Shown: one piece after another, positions 28,762 through 44,290 of the stretch
How the letters are laid out: every line of letters starts with the position of its first letter
Numbering within the stretch: position 1 is the stretch's first letter
Assembly: GCF_009914755.1 (NCBI RefSeq)
Contig: NC_060929.1
Origin: the human T2T-CHM13v2.0 reference genome, Homo sapiens
Reading direction: 5' to 3' (one strand)
Length of the DNA stretch: 64,000 nucleotides
The notes under the pieces: model-generated
What the model saw: only the letters and a program-made list of their open reading frames with translations
Told to the model about the DNA's origin: nothing
Database searches by the model: none
Program-made: the position numbers and the translations under genes

Positions 28762-31700
28762 GAAGTTTCTTTAGATTAATTTGAATGTCAACATTTTTTT
28801 CTGATAGAATTGGGATGTGTCTGTTTATACTAAGTACTTAACTTCATCTTGCTTTCTGTTTAAGCATATGTTATAGAACATCCTAGATGCAAAAAAAAAA
28901 AAAATCATGATAGAGACTAATTTTAGTAGTATCAGAATTTCAGTGCAGAAATCAAAAAGTTACAATAGTGAAGGTAACTCTGTGAAGCAAAGCCATTTGC
29001 TAGTTTTATATATTGAGTCTTCTTAAACAGGTTATAGTCATTTAGAAAAAAAATAAATCCACATCTTTCATTCTTTGAAAAGGCACCTGTATATTTTCTG
29101 AAAACCCACATCATCCCAGGAAAGAGATCAAATCTTAGGAAAGTAAGTTTGGCTCAAAATGATTGAGTGTTAATGGTCCAGTGCTGTTAGGAGCTTGCCA
29201 GGATGCAATGATTTGTTCTTCATTTTTCAGTGCCAGCAGCTTTCTGATTCAAAAACCACAAACACAGCATTTTTTTTTTTTTTTGCATTGACTCTGAGGA
29301 CATTAGCAAATCTCAAATAAATAGCAGCACTACATTCTGGAAGAAGTCTTAAAAGCAAGCTGTATTCCAGATGGAATCCTCAAGCTGGTCACTGAAATAA
29401 AGAGTTCTGACAAACAGAGTGGAAGTTAAGTGAGAAAACTTACCAAGTACTGACTTTGCTCAGCACCTTCTGCTGCAGAAATGTTTGAATTAAAAATGAA
29501 TAATGTATATGCTCCTTGATATTTTATGATGACAAAAATACAAAATTAGAAGGCCACATTTTTAATAATTATGGATCACATTGAAGAGCAAGATATCAAA
29601 TATGTTTCAGATTATATAACAATGATTTCTAAATGAAAAGTTTTATTCCTAGTAAGAAAGCAACGTTAAAAATATCACACAGAGTTTTTGTTTTTAATAT
29701 TATACAGAGAAATGACTGAGTGAAATTTTGGGAGACACACAAATTCGTGTGTACAAAACTAATAATAAAAGACAAACTTTTCTGATAATTTAGGAATATT
29801 TTATCATAATCTCACCTATAGGAAAGTGAGTACAAAATAACATCAGCTGTTGAGGCCCTAATCCCACAGGGAGTTGCACACGGGTAGACTAATGTATTCT
29901 AGTGTTTGGTTATTATATTCTTCAATTCTGATGACTTACTGCTTGGCTTATTAAATGTGACCAGTTCTTCTAGTGAGTATTCCACATTGGTCAAAGTTGC
30001 CCTAAGATGATTCTCTAAGAATAGGTTTATTTAGTGCACTAAGTCAAAATTAGATGATATGTGATTTGGAAACCAGAAATACCTACTTAAGATATTTGTT
30101 GAAAAAGGGTACATGGACAAGTCATATAAGATAGGATGTAAGATACACATGGGAAAGAAATATGAGGTAGCAAGTGGTCATGAAATAAGTGCCATACGAC
30201 ATGAATTATTAGGAAAAAAGTAGAGGTGGATGGACTATATCTGAAATATCAAGATTATACAGTGATTTGGCATTAGAAATATCAGGAAAAACAGCAAAAA
30301 CAGTGATAGGAAAGTAGCATAAATGAGCATTGGTATCAGGTTGCATTTATTCAATCACAGACATAGGCCTAGAAGGAAGATTTTAGGTCATAGGAAGGCA
30401 AAGCTACATTCTTAGACAAGGTTTGGCAAACTGTCAGGAAAATACTTGAACTCCAAAGGCTCATTCATTAACCTGGCTATAGTAACTAGTGTCTGAAGTG
30501 AAATTAGGGTGAGTTGTCACTCTCAGACGGGGATTTAGCACTAAGCAAAAGTCCCTGTATGGGAAGACGTATAGTGCATGAATAAACTATTGAGGTCTAG
30601 GTGGCCCAAATACTTGGTGTTTATATCTTTGTAAAAAGAGTCACTAAAGATGTAATAAAATGAGCAACTTTTAAAATCATCCATCTAGACCTGTAGTGGG
30701 GAAAATATTTGGATTAAATTTTAACAAGGTAACTTTGTTAGCGGACTGATGCTGCAGATATATGGGAGTTTTGAGAAAATATTTGAGCAAAACTAAAATA
30801 TAGTCTCACTGAATTAGACCTGAGACACAGTGAAAATAAAAATGTGGGATACGATGTTCTCTAAATATGCAAAACCTCACCTTTGAAGAGGATTTATAGA
30901 CTCTCAAAATGTTTGATGCTCCTTCTCTACAATTAAAATATTATGTTACAAATGGGAAATGTGAGAGTTTTTAGTGTTTATATCACTTAGTCAATCAAAT
31001 CATTTTGACAAAAATAGCATAGTGTGTGGTTTTAAAATAAATTTTAGCATATTATTTAACAGGGTAATTTAAATTAAGTGAGATGGTTTGACTTTGCTGC
31101 TATAAACTTCTATTGATTGCAGAACTTTTTAAAATAAGGAACTGCTGTTACTTCTAAAACTCGGGTTCCAGACTGCCATTTGTTTTGTGTTCTTGTATTT
31201 TCAAATTGTATGTTGTGCATGCCAAAATTATTCAAATGATTCTTGTTTGCATGATTTTATCAGCAAATTTTAACACAGCAATTAGCATTAGGAATAATGT
31301 TCATTCTAATGCTTACAGTTCTGAAGTGCTACTCTATTATTGTTTGTATTTTATATTTCTGTGTTCATCAAGATATTTACTTCACAGACAAATTAGGCAA
31401 ATAGAAATCTTAAATATAATTTCTACACGGAATTCATGAAAATGACTTCTTAAAGCCGACAGGATTAAAGATGTTAAATGTCTTATCTTCTGAGGGTCAA
31501 TAGGCTGTATAAAAATCTAAAGAGAATGTACATTACATCAAACAATAATAGAAATACTCCATGAAATGAAACAGAGTACACATATATTAATATGTATAAT
31601 TGTAGAGAGTTGCTATTTAGAATGTAACAACGTCCAGTACTTTTGAAAACATGCGCAATTTCACTTGCAAAACTATTACTTTTATCTTCTCTGCTTCCTA

Positions 31701-32274
31701 GTTGACGCATTTATTCTACTTAGCTAATTTTCTAAAATAATGAGAGATAAAATTTTAATGACAGGTTTTATTTTATTTTTACTCCCTGCTACTAGGGCAT
31801 ATAAGAAGTAGCTGAAAGAATATGGCAGTATTGTAACTGAACTGAAAATTAGTATTTGAAGAAAGACAATGAGTTTTTATAAATATATTATTTACTAGTT
31901 TCCTAGAGCAAGTAATTTGTAGTTTTCTTATATGTTGTTTTAGAGTCTCAGCAGTATTACTGGCTAAACAAATCAGCAAAGAAAAAAAATACCCAAAACA
32001 AAATTTGAAAAACAGCTAAATCTGTTATAAAGAGAAAATTTCATAGAAAAATGTTAGGAAATTGAATAATATAAAATTCATATCTTCCCTATACAGATTC
32101 CACTAAGTGTTCACTATATAACATACAAGAATTAACCTTTCTAAGTTTAATTTTACGTATTGAAAATGCAGCGATCAAATAACATCTATAATAAGTGGAA
32201 ATCTCTATCCACAGCTTTGGGTTAGTATTATCTTTTTTGTGAGGTGAATATATCAAGAGGAAGCCTAGATGAGA

Positions 32275-32600
32275 ATTTTTACAGCTTTGATGAGGTATCA
32301 TTGATATACAAAAACTGCACATATTTATCGTATACAACTTCATGTGTTTAGACATACAAACACCAGTAATAACCTCACCATAACCAAGGTAATAGACGTA
32401 TCTAGCACCTCCCAAAATGTCCTCATGTACCTTTGTTTTTATTCTTTTTTCTTTTTTGTTTGTCTTTTTTTGTGGTAAGAACATTTGACATGATATCTAC
32501 CCTCTGAATACATTTAAGTTCTAGAAACCTGCCATGCAACATAGTGTCTATATTAGCAATATGATATTATGTACTGTATAAATTCTTCAAAGAGAATATC
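32275..32600 (-). mobile_element. L1MA/MB 3' end with a short inverted 5' segment
   Basis: Antisense 3'UTR (tgaggtatcattgatatacaaaaactgcacatattt...tgtggtaagaacattt) joined at ~32518 to the sense piece ttctagaaacctgccatgcaacatagtg. Confidence 0.7.
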
Positions 32601-32619
32601 AAGACCAAAATATGATTTT

Positions 32620-32950
<331 letters not shown>

Positions 32951-33053
32951 TGATTTGGTATTTCTTAAGTCTTTTGCCCCTATAACTTTTTTTTCCAATT
33001 CTGTATTTGACTGATAGCAAGCCAATGAAAGATGAAGCCAGGAAAATAAAATA

Positions 33054-33057
<4 letters not shown>

Positions 33058-33101
<44 letters not shown>
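33058..33101. repeat. (TG)n microsatellite
   Basis: ~22 uninterrupted GT units. Confidence 0.95.
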
Positions 33102-33110
<9 letters not shown>

Positions 33111-34399
33111 TGGTAACCCTGCTTAGAGTAACAGATTATCTTCCTATGTCATGACTCCAAAGGAAAGCAAATAAGTACTATAAGCAAAGTAAAAAACCAA
33201 GTAATGTAACACTATATATTATAGGATATTAATTTCAGTATGGCTACACATTACCTTCAAAAACTTCAGATCTAAAGAATTTGTAACGTTGTGCAGATGT
33301 TGGAATTAAGAAGTTTGAAGCTGCCTGCTTATTTAAGTATTAATTATATATTCAGTGGTGAAAATCTGGAATGTTAAATGTGTTGGTAACAATTTGCATG
33401 TGGTGGTGTCACTTCATCTTGTTATTTAGCCAAAAAACCAATAGATTTCATTTCTTCTAAGCTTCTGTAGACTTTATTTTCCATATATAGCAATTGGTGT
33501 ATTAACTTTCACGTTTAAAAATTCCATTTATATTTTCATTCATATTCATATTGCAATGCTTTTCAAGATACTGATTTTTACATTTTTGTAGCATATGAAA
33601 GTAAAATTGTGAAACTGAGGTATGAAATTATTTTAATATTAGATTTAAAATAGAGAAAAATATTAAAGAGATTAACTTTTTGACCATATAGATGACAAAA
33701 CATACGGAGCTTTCTTTAATTATTAAAATACTTTGGAAAAATCTTCAAGTTTGTTTCACTATTAAAGTATCAAAAGTCTTTTCCTTGAAGAAAACATAGC
33801 AGAAAAAAATATATGAAAATACGTATTCATAAAATGAAATCTAAATTTGACTTTTAAACTTTAAATAAATTATTAATTGTTTTTCGCTTAATCCAGATGG
33901 TTTTTCAGTTTCTTAAATTAGTTTTCATGTTCAGATATATCTACTATATCTTGCTGGAGTAGAGGGAATAGTAGAGTAGGATATAGAAGATATGAGCTAA
34001 TATCCTAATATTTCACTAATTAGCTGATTAATTTGTGACATGTGAATTTTTGTTTTCTAGACCTTAGGAATTGAGAAGGATGATTGTTGAGCGCTTTCTC
34101 AGCTCTGATTCTTGGGCACATCTAGGACAATTTCTGTGGCTTTCTCTTTTTGGGTTCCTGACCACACACATGTTGATGCTATTTGGCAATTTTACCCCAT
34201 TTATAATCAAATATTTTCTATTTATTCATTAATATATACTTATAAATTTTAGTGGCACATATTGTACTTGATACTGTGTATAATGCAGACTAAAATATCT
34301 AAGCTAAAGCCATTTATGAAGAAACAGTCCCAATTTAAATTGAGAAAGCTATGGTTCTTGGGACTTGCTCTCTTTCTTCTTTCTTTATCTTCATTCTTA

Positions 34400-34980
34400 C
34401 CAATATTTATCTCACCCACTCTCATCCAGATCTTTAAATACTGTCTTTACCCTGATGATTCATAAATTTGTATCACCAGATTTTCCACTTCAAATTCAAA
34501 GATCTCCGCTTGAAAAGACATTGTAAAATCAGCAGGACCAAACTGAATTTCTAATTTCTTATCAGATCTACTTCAACTTGCAGCCTTCCTGCCTTTGGCC
34601 TCCTTAGTCTCCCAGCCTCTTTCACAAAAAGCTTGTTATTCACCCTCTCTTGTTTTCTTCATATGCCCATATTAGATATTTCAAGAAATCTCATTGACTA
34701 TAGTTTCAAAACATGCCATAAACAACTACATAACCTAACTTTCTTTGCCACCACCTAGTCAAGCTAGTTGATCTCATTGCTGAATTTCTATGATGTCCTC
34801 ATAACTGACCTCCTTTCTTGCACTCCAACTCACTAGGGTCTATTCTCAATACTACACAAATAGTGGTCCTTCTAAAACCCAAATCGTATCATGTCTCTCT
34901 CTGCTCAAAACTATTCAGTGGTCTCCATCTCATTCAGATTAAGAATTCTAGTACTTAGTAAACAAAAAAGCCCTATCATG
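34400..34980 (+). mobile_element. L2 fragment
   Basis: tttaaatactgtctttaccctgatgattcataaatttgtatc; tgccaccacctagtcaagc; ctctgctcaaaac are L2-like motifs. Confidence 0.65.
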
Positions 34981-35195
34981 ATTTTCACTTTCTGTGTCTT
35001 GTTTATGAAATTCTTTCTCATTTCACATTGATTTTAGTTATTCCCATTATGCTCTTAATATAGCTTGAGTTTGTTTTTCTATCATGCTGTATATTACAGA
35101 ACTGGTTTAATTTTCTCTCATAGAATTAGCCAAATTTCCCAATTTGATTACTCTCACTGAGTAATCAAAAAAGCTCTTTGTATACCAGGTTTCCA

Positions 35196-35213
35196 TATAT
35201 ATATATATGGAAC

Positions 35214-35263
<50 letters not shown>

Positions 35264-35270
35264 TGTGTGT
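35196..35270. repeat. (AT)n plus (TG)n microsatellites
   Basis: atatatatatatat followed by ~26 GT units with one interruption. Confidence 0.95.
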
Positions 35271-36035
35271 ATGGGTCTTTAACTCTGTTCTATTTCATTT
35301 TTTGTTTTTCTCTTTCATTGCCATTATTACAAGTTTAAAATTACTTTCGTGGTGAAATATGTAATATCTGTTAGGAACACCTTCTTTTTATTATACTGCT
35401 TTGCCAAATTTTTCTATACACTTTTCCATACATTTTAGAATATGTTTATTCAGTTTCTTAAAATGTTGCTTAAATTTTGATGGAAATACTAGTGAACTTA
35501 GAGATCATGTTAGTAGAAATTTCAATATTTTAAATACCATATTTTTATCCAAGGATTTAGGGAAATTTATCTAAAATGTTATATTCTTCTATATGCAGTT
35601 TGAATATAATGATTAATAATGCCTTTATGAAAAAATGCTGTAAATTTTTTCTATTCTCCTGTTTTCCATAAAAGCATTTATAAGTTAGGGATTTTCTGTT
35701 ATTAGAAATTTGGTATATGTTACCTACAAATCTGAACTTTTTAGAAAAATTTCTTTTTTTTTTTCTTTACAGGATTTATTATCTTGGCATCTGCTTTGAA
35801 AAGGACCCAACCAAAACAATATTATATCAGCATAAAATCTAAGGGTAGGTTTCTTTTATATTACAGCCTCAACAAATTTGTGTAAGATTGGAATTTTGTC
35901 TTTCTTGAGTATTTGGTAAATATTTTAAAGCAATATTTGATCTCTGTAAAGTGATTCGGATTCTTATATGATAAAAAATTATTCAAATTATCAAATTCTT
36001 TTTAAATTACATTTGCATAGATGTTTAAGAATATG

Positions 36036-36150
36036 AGTTAATGGGTGCAGCACACCAACATGGCACATGTATACATATGTAACAAACCTGCACATTGTGC
36101 ACACGTACCCTAAAATTTAAAGTATAATAAAAAATAAAAAAATTTAAAAA
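36036..36150 (+). mobile_element. Very short L1PA 3' end
   Basis: agttaatgggtgcagcacaccaacatggcacatg...taaagtataataaaaa; TSD aagaatatg (36027-36035 / 36151-36159). Confidence 0.95.
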
Positions 36151-36358
36151 AAGAATATGTATCTAGAAATATAACCATCTTATATGAATTTATTTGATCA
36201 TTAAGTATTCATATTTTTATTGTATTATTTTTAAATCACTGAACAACTCATAATTTTATTTATTTTTAGTTCCAATATTTGAATTTTTAAAACTTAACAA
36301 ACTTTTGATTTATTAATATTACTTTAATATCCTGATATGTATTCAAAAGATGCTTCTA

Positions 36359-36714
<356 letters not shown>

Positions 36715-36719
36715 CTTAG

Positions 36720-38010
36720 TGCTAGTACAAATAAAGCTGCTATGAAAATGAAATTATAAGTATTTCCATGGTTATATAGTTTCATTTATCTTGGGTAAAC
36801 ACCTAGAAATAGAATGGTTTGGTCATATAGTGGGCATATGTTCAACATTGTAATAAACTGTCAAACAGTTTTCCAAAGTAGTTGTATCATTTGTGTTTTC
36901 ATCAACAATTAATGACAGTCATAATTTTCTCTATATCCTTGCCAACACTTGGTGTGATAATTCTTTAATTTTAGATCCTTTGATAGGTTTGGAGCAGTAT
37001 CTCATGCAATTTTAACTTGGATTCCCCTAGTGTCTAGTGATTTTTAGAATCTTTTATTTTCATGTTTAATCTTGTTCAGTGTATCTTATTTTGTAGTGTA
37101 TCTGTTTACATCTTTTCCTCATTTGTTTTTGTTTCTTTAACTGAAGTTTCAAAATTATTTTTATATTCTAGATAAAAATATTTGCTTCATATACCATTAA
37201 ACTATTTTCTTCCATTGTATAACATGTATTTTCATTCTCTGAACATGCCTTTAAAGAGCAGAAGTTATTTTATAATTGTTTATTGAGGTGTGTTGGTGTC
37301 ATACATTAAAAAAAACCTTTGCTTCACATAAATACAAGATTTTACTTTCATATGTTTTGAGACAGTTGTAAATTTTATAATAAATATTTAAGTCTATGAT
37401 ATATTTTCATTTAAATTGTGTATTGTTATATGATAGTGCCTGAATATTTCTTTTTATATTAGGATAAATTTTTGGGTCAGAGTACCAGTTAATACAAATA
37501 TGTCTACTGGGGTTTTCACTGCTACTGTAGAAAAATACCATGTGTTTATTTGTATACATTGACCTTGAACTCTGCAGTCTTTCTAAACTTACTCATTAGT
37601 TCTTTTGTAGATTCTGTCAAACTTTTTACATAGATGGTAAAAAGTTTTACTTCTTCCTTTCCAATCCGTATGTAATTTATTTGCTTTTCTTATCATATTG
37701 CAGTGGATAAAATAGCTAGTATAATATTAAATACAAGAGGTGAAAGCAAACGTCTGTGTGTTTTTCTGGACTGGGAAAAAACTTTTGGTGTTTCCTTATC
37801 AAATAGCTTTTTAAAAGCTAAAAAAGCTTTGGAGAGAATCCTAATCAGGCAGAAAAAGTTTCCTTCTTTTTTCAATTTGTAAGAGATTTATGAAAAGGGA
37901 TAATGGGTTTGACATCCTAAAATTAGAAAAGTTTTTATATCTATGTGATTTGGATTTTTTTAAATACTATAATTGGCTTCTGGCCTTATAGAATGAGTTG
38001 AAAAGTAGGC
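36720..38010 (-). mobile_element. Old L1M (antisense), fragmented
   Basis: aataaagctgctatgaa, ttttccaaagtagttgtatcattt, aaacttactcattagttct, ggccttatagaatgagttg. Confidence 0.8.
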
Positions 38011-38694
38011 ATTCCTCCACCTTAGAATTCTATTCTAATTATACAATATTAGCTTTCTTGTCAATTTATGATACTGTAATCTGAGAAGCTGCTTTTTTCT
38101 CTAATAATTTATGTATATTAGCAATAATCTTGGACTTTTTTTTACATTGCAAGGCCTCATTTTTTGTAGCTTGGATCTTGATGTAAACACTCAGAATTAT
38201 AAAACAACAGTTTGGAGTAGTGAGAAATGTTAACCCACTCTTATTTCCCAGATGGAAAGCATGTCATTCCACTTAGAATAGAATAATGGGGGACTGTTAT
38301 TTCCATAAGCATAATATAGCAGGAAAATTGTGTGATGAGATATATGATTTTACTTATTTCCCTTGGTTTTCCTAATCTTAATACCCAGCAATCATGCATT
38401 TTATGACGTTGCCTTTGATTTACAAAATTTAGTTAAGGAAATGAAAATAAAATTTGAGATTTTCCCAAGATGCTTGATTTTCTCTCAATGTTCTCAGATA
38501 TTTTTCTAAAGGTATAAAACACTTCCTATAAAAAAAAACCCTCACACAGGTTTTCTTTGAATAAGCTCTTCTGTATCAGCATATGAAACTCTTGGGAAAT
38601 AGACAATTCACAGTCACCTTCAATATTTCTGAAAATATTCCTAGAGTTCAGCCTTGCCAAGTACTTTTCTTGAGTTCTGATAGAAAAACCAATA

Positions 38695-39082
38695 GTACAC
38701 ATATTCACCATGGAATACTATGCAGCCATAAAAATGAACAAGATCATGTCCTTTGCAAGAATATAGATGGACATGTAGGCATTTATCATTAGAAAGCTAA
38801 TGCAGGAACAGAAACCCAGATAAGAGATGTTCTACCTTGTAAGTGGGAGTTAAATAATGAGAACACATGGACACAGAGGGGACCAACATACTCTGGGGGC
38901 TATCAAGGAGTTGAGAGTAGGAGGAGGGAGAGGATCAAGAAAAATAACTAATGGGTACTAGGCTTAATACCCAAGAGTTGAAACAATCTATACAATAAGC
39001 CCCCATGACACAAGTTTACCTATGTAACACACCTGAACATGTACCCTTGAACTTAAAATATGTTGAAAAAGAAAAAGAAAAG
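38695..39082 (+). mobile_element. Older L1PA 3' end
   Basis: caccatggaatactatgcagccataaaaa...aaataactaatgggtactaggcttaatacc...gaacttaaaata, A-rich tail. Confidence 0.9.
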
Positions 39083-39244
39083 GTAATAGTACATTCAGTT
39101 GCTTCAACAACAGATAACAATGACTGCTACCTAGAAACAATCTGCATTGCTTCCATCCCAAAAATAGCTTGGCCAATTCTACATGCTAGATTCACTTACT
39201 TGTGATAACTATTTTTCTACCATTCGTTTGTCTCTTAATTTGCA

Positions 39245-39261
39245 ATATGTGCGCACGCACG

Positions 39262-39301
<40 letters not shown>
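39245..39301. repeat. (GC)n(AC)n alternating purine-pyrimidine tract
   Basis: atatgtgcgcacgcacgcgcgcgcgc followed by (ac)15. Confidence 0.95.
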
Positions 39302-39303
<2 letters not shown>

Positions 39304-40472
39304 GAGCCTGCACATGCATATGCATCTTCCAGGTCTTGTCACATGCTCTCTTGCGATATATCCATGTATAAAAACAAAGATCTCTGACTTTTGGAATACA
39401 TATTTACCTTATGTTCTTGCAATCATATTCGGAAGTATAATTCAGAAGTAATTTTATTGCATATAAAAGAAACAAAGCTTAAGATTAGAGGGGAGAATCA
39501 TGGGGAGAGAGAGAGAAGAGAAAGAGAGAGAATACGCAGGGAAAGGGGGAACTAAAGCCATTCTTCAATGTCACTAAGGTACTTCCTTTCTTCTGGTCTC
39601 TCTCCCTCTTTCTCCTCTGTACAACTTTTATCATAATTTCATGTCTGTTACCTTGTCACTATCTTGTCGGCATAGATATAGTCAGTTTATATCATCCCAG
39701 TGTAATAATACTAAATACATGAGATTGAGAGATTGTTCTTTGCTACCACTTTATTACATAGCCCCAGGTTAGTATGCTAATTATGTAGGTTTGAATCATC
39801 TGGCCATCTGTGTGCCAGTACCCTCAGCTGGGTGAACTTAGAACCATAATTAGGTGTTTTCTCAAATCTCCTTTTGGTCTTACAATATTCATTCTCCATA
39901 ACTTCCAATCAAATAGAAGAAAATATTCTAAAATATTATGTTAAAAATTATAAAATAATTTATTATTAAAACCAAAAATAAATATTAGCTAGATGTGGCC
40001 AGTCATGTTTCTATTACGACATAAGCCATTCATTAAGATATAAGCTATAGTTTTATGTGGCAGTTTCCAGGAACTTTAAAAAAACAATCATTCGGTGTAT
40101 ACTCTAGCTTCTCTCCTTTTTCTCTTACATACATCCAGATTGCTTTCTGTAATGAAGATTTTGTCATCTTAGACTAGGAAGATGAAGAAAACATCTTAAA
40201 GATGAAAGAATAGTGAGCCATGGCCCATGAGAACTTTGAAAAACTTAGACTTGAGTTCATTTCTGAAGTTTGCATGAAAGGTAAATAAGCTTATGTCTTG
40301 AAAGCTACTGTTACTTTGACTCTCATTCTCTTGCTGTTGAATATAATTTAGTTGATAGTTACGTAGTTTTTGAAACACAAAATCTTCCTTTTTCTTTATC
40401 TTTCTCCAATCTGCAAATCAGATTTGCCAATTATACCTTAAATATGTATCATTTAAAAAAAAATCCTTTCTA

Positions 40473-40903
<431 letters not shown>

Positions 40904-41127
40904 TTACAAACAATCCAAAAGATGCCATATTCTAGTAATCAATATTCACATAGTTTCTAGCTGCAAAAGGAAACCCGTGAAGACTTTACATTATTTGGCT
41001 TTGATTATATCTACAAGCATATTCACAAATATTTTGCTTATTATACAGAACCATGAATAACACTTTTCTGTTACTTAAAAACACATTTCTTTCTGCTGTA
41101 GAGACCTGATTGTGATTGTTCCTTCAG

Positions 41128-41590
41128 TGTTATCAAAGCAAAAATTGTAAAAGACAATGTTATCCAGGCAAGAAAGACTGTATTCAAGGCTACTGTAGTA
41201 GGTAGAGAAGCCAGAATTTTAGTCTGAGGTCAACGCTACTAAAAAAAAGAGCTGGAAAGATTTCAAAAACTGAAGTGAGGGATTTAGGCCATCTACCTTT
41301 GCTAATTGGCTTGACCTTCAGGAAAATAAACTTTCTCTCATCTTCATGACAAGACAGTTTTACCACTTAGAACTGGGAGCCTGAAGTTAGGCTGAAGTTA
41401 GACTGCTATGTTGCCACATAAGCTAGGAGCTAGAGGTGTTATCTTTCTTGATGTTTACATTTCATAGGGATAGCTCACAGTTTCTTGAAAAAGACTTTTC
41501 TGGATTGTAACACTGACAAGAACTTTTTAAAAAGATTTACATCTCAAAGAAGAACAGAAAGAATTTACAAGTTTTCTAAAGTAAATATTA
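41128..41590 (-). mobile_element. ERV1 LTR fragment (MER31/MER67-like)
   Basis: tgttatcaaagc...tattcaaggctactgtagtagg...gatttacatctcaaag...agaatttacaagttttctaaagtaaat. Confidence 0.55.
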
Positions 41591-41611
41591 CAATAAAACA
41601 TAAGAATACTA

Positions 41612-42108
41612 AAAGATGAGATTAGCATTTAAATCTATAGAATGGGTAAGGCAAGTGGCTCTGCTTAATATGGGTAGTCCTGTAAAATCCATTGAAGGCC
41701 TGAATAGAACAAATCACTGATTCTCCCCTGTGAAAAGTAAAGATAGAATTCTTTCTCTATGACAGCCTTTAGACTGGGACATTGACTTTTTTCCCGCCTG
41801 CAGACTCAGAGGGAATCACTGGCTCTTCTAGGGTCTGAAGCCTGCTTGTTAATGAACTGAAACGACGACATCATTTCTCCTTTCGCTCAGACCTTTGGGC
41901 TCAGACTGGAATTAAACCGTCGGCACTCCTGGCTCTCCAGCTTGCCAATTGACCTGCAGATTTTGGGACTTGTCAGCCTTCATAATCCCATGAACCACTT
42001 TTTAAAAATCGTAAATCTCTCCCTACAATAAAACAGGTTGGCACGCATGCCTTAAATAGACACACCCCATATCCCACAGCTTCTGTTTCTCTGCACAAGT
42101 CTAATACA
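41612..42108 (+). mobile_element. MLT2 (ERVL) LTR
   Basis: gatgagattagcattt, aatccattgaaggcctgaatagaacaaa, ttgggacttgtcagccttcataatc, ttctgtttctctg..ctaataca. Confidence 0.85.
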
Positions 42109-43361
42109 CACGGTAAAAATATTTATTCCATTTTCATAAGAGAAAAGAAACACTGTAAAAAGCTGTTTTTCATGACTTCTGTTTTTTTCTTAAAGTCTTA
42201 AATTAGTTCATGTAAACTCTGCCACTGAGTGAAAGGCCGACAATTTAATGAGGTAAAAAATTAAGCATGTCCTCCATTCTAGAAGTTTTTCAATTAATTT
42301 TCAAAGATAATAAAATATATCAACGAAATAATTTAAAAAGTTTATATCAGTAATAAACATAAAATTGAAAGTAAATATAATTAGTATATAAAATTTAACA
42401 AATGTGTTTTAACTTGTCAAAGAAAGAAGAAACAGCTTGATGATTGGTGATGAGTAGCAGGTGGTGAAGAAAGGGTATGAAATGATCGTCATTTGGAAAG
42501 TGATAGTGTCAGGTGATTAAATCAGGGATTCTTGATGATAATTTTTTTTCTGTGAGAGACTTTGATGAATGTAACCCACTGATGTAGAAGGATTTAGCAA
42601 ATGCTAAAAATTTTTTTTTAGCCTAGGCTTAAAAAGTCATTTCAAAACACATTCAAGAAGCTCACACACATCACAGATTGATAATGGATGTTACATCATT
42701 ATCACTCAGTGTATACACACACAAATACACACATATGCACACACACACTTTTTTTTAGATTTTTTCAAAACCTGGTAGACAATTGAAAATTTTTCTGATA
42801 TTGTCTGACTAGAATCTGTGGTATTGAGTAAATTTGAGAATGGTTTGGCTGAAATTGTAATGATATTATAGCAATTCTTAAAGCAATTGTTCAGTTTGCT
42901 TATCAAGGAAAAAATTATTTACGCAAAAATGATAAAACTTTTCTTAAAGGTTTTCTCCAAAAAGCTTTCAAATACCATTATTTCAAAAAGTTACTGAATA
43001 AACAATTTGTATGTGTGGTAAATCTATATGTATGTATACATTTAATTTCCTAAGATTTCTCATCAAGAAAAAAAACAGTACAGAGGATATCTAGGATAGT
43101 GTCAAATTTTATTTCAGGAAATTGTCAAACGAGCTACTGTGTTAAGCAAGGAAATTTTTTGCAGATTGCCCTATGTCTCAACTATAATGATATTTCCTCA
43201 TGACCTTTTGTTACCTGATTGCTATTACTTACTGTATGTGCTGTATTCCTCTCAAATTAATCCCATATCTGTTTTTGAATCATTTGCACTTAAGTCTTGT
43301 CCTTGTTCACTTTTGTTTCCTTTGCCTTATAATTTTCTCCATAAATAGGATTTAACCCTCA

Positions 43362-43918
43362 CATTAAGGTTCTCCATAGAAATAGATGTAATTATATCTA
43401 TTTCTCTGAAAATAGATATAATAGATATATTCTAGAGAAACACATATAATTTTATATATGTATATTTTAATAATATATAAAGCATGTACCATAAACGTAT
43501 GTATATATACACATATATATACCTCTGTGCATGTAAAACATATACATATATATGCAGAAAGTGAGTGAGAAAGAGATTTTAAGGAATTGGCTTACATTAT
43601 TATGGGTGCTGGCAAGTCTGAAATGTGCTGGGGGGACCAGCAGGCTGAAAACTCTGGCAAGAGTTGATATTTTAGTCTTGAATACAAAGGCAGTCTGGAG
43701 GCAGAATTAGTTCATATTCAGGTCTTTTCTTATAAAACCTTTAACAGATTGGATAAGACCCACTCACATTATGGGAGGTAATTTTCTTTACCCAATATCT
43801 TATTGAAATGTTAATCATATCTGAAAAAAATGCCTTCATAGCAACATCTAAACTAGTGTTTGACCAAAAAACTGGGTACCAGGTCTACCCTAGTTAACAT
43901 ATAAAATTAATCATCACT
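43362..43918 (-). mobile_element. MLT2 (ERVL) LTR with an internal AT-rich repeat
   Basis: ggttctccatagaaa...aaggaattggcttaca...ggcaagtctgaaat...acatataaaattaatcatcac. Confidence 0.85.
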
Positions 43919-44290
43919 GTTCCTAAAAGCTGCAGTATATCAGTGGAGTCCCACTGTCAGGGAGATGTGCCATAGCTAAATAGAGAGTATCTTGTTGCAT
44001 TATTGTATGAAGCTGCTTGTTGCACCAAGAAGATGCAGAATCCCTGCCAAACATCCATCATCCTTCTCCAAACTTTACTTAATGTGTAGTTTGTATGTAA
44101 CTTAAAAAAAATAGTCTTTACAAATTTACCCCCTCTCTTTGGAATATCTCCATAACGTTATTGTGGAAGGTGCAACGAGAGGCTCAGTAACTGCCTGCAG
44201 AATTTGTTACAAATTTGTATTCGTTCCTTTCCAGATTTTGAATTTACACACACCCACAACTGCACCCACACATATATACATCACACAGAT

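Noticed and set aside
32089-32484. Longest ORF in the track (131 aa)
   Set aside because: Lies mostly in L1 3'UTR; no recognisable domain
35188-35215. Hairpin ggtttcc(at)n ggaacc
   Set aside because: Mostly the trivial self-complementarity of (AT)n with a few flanking bases
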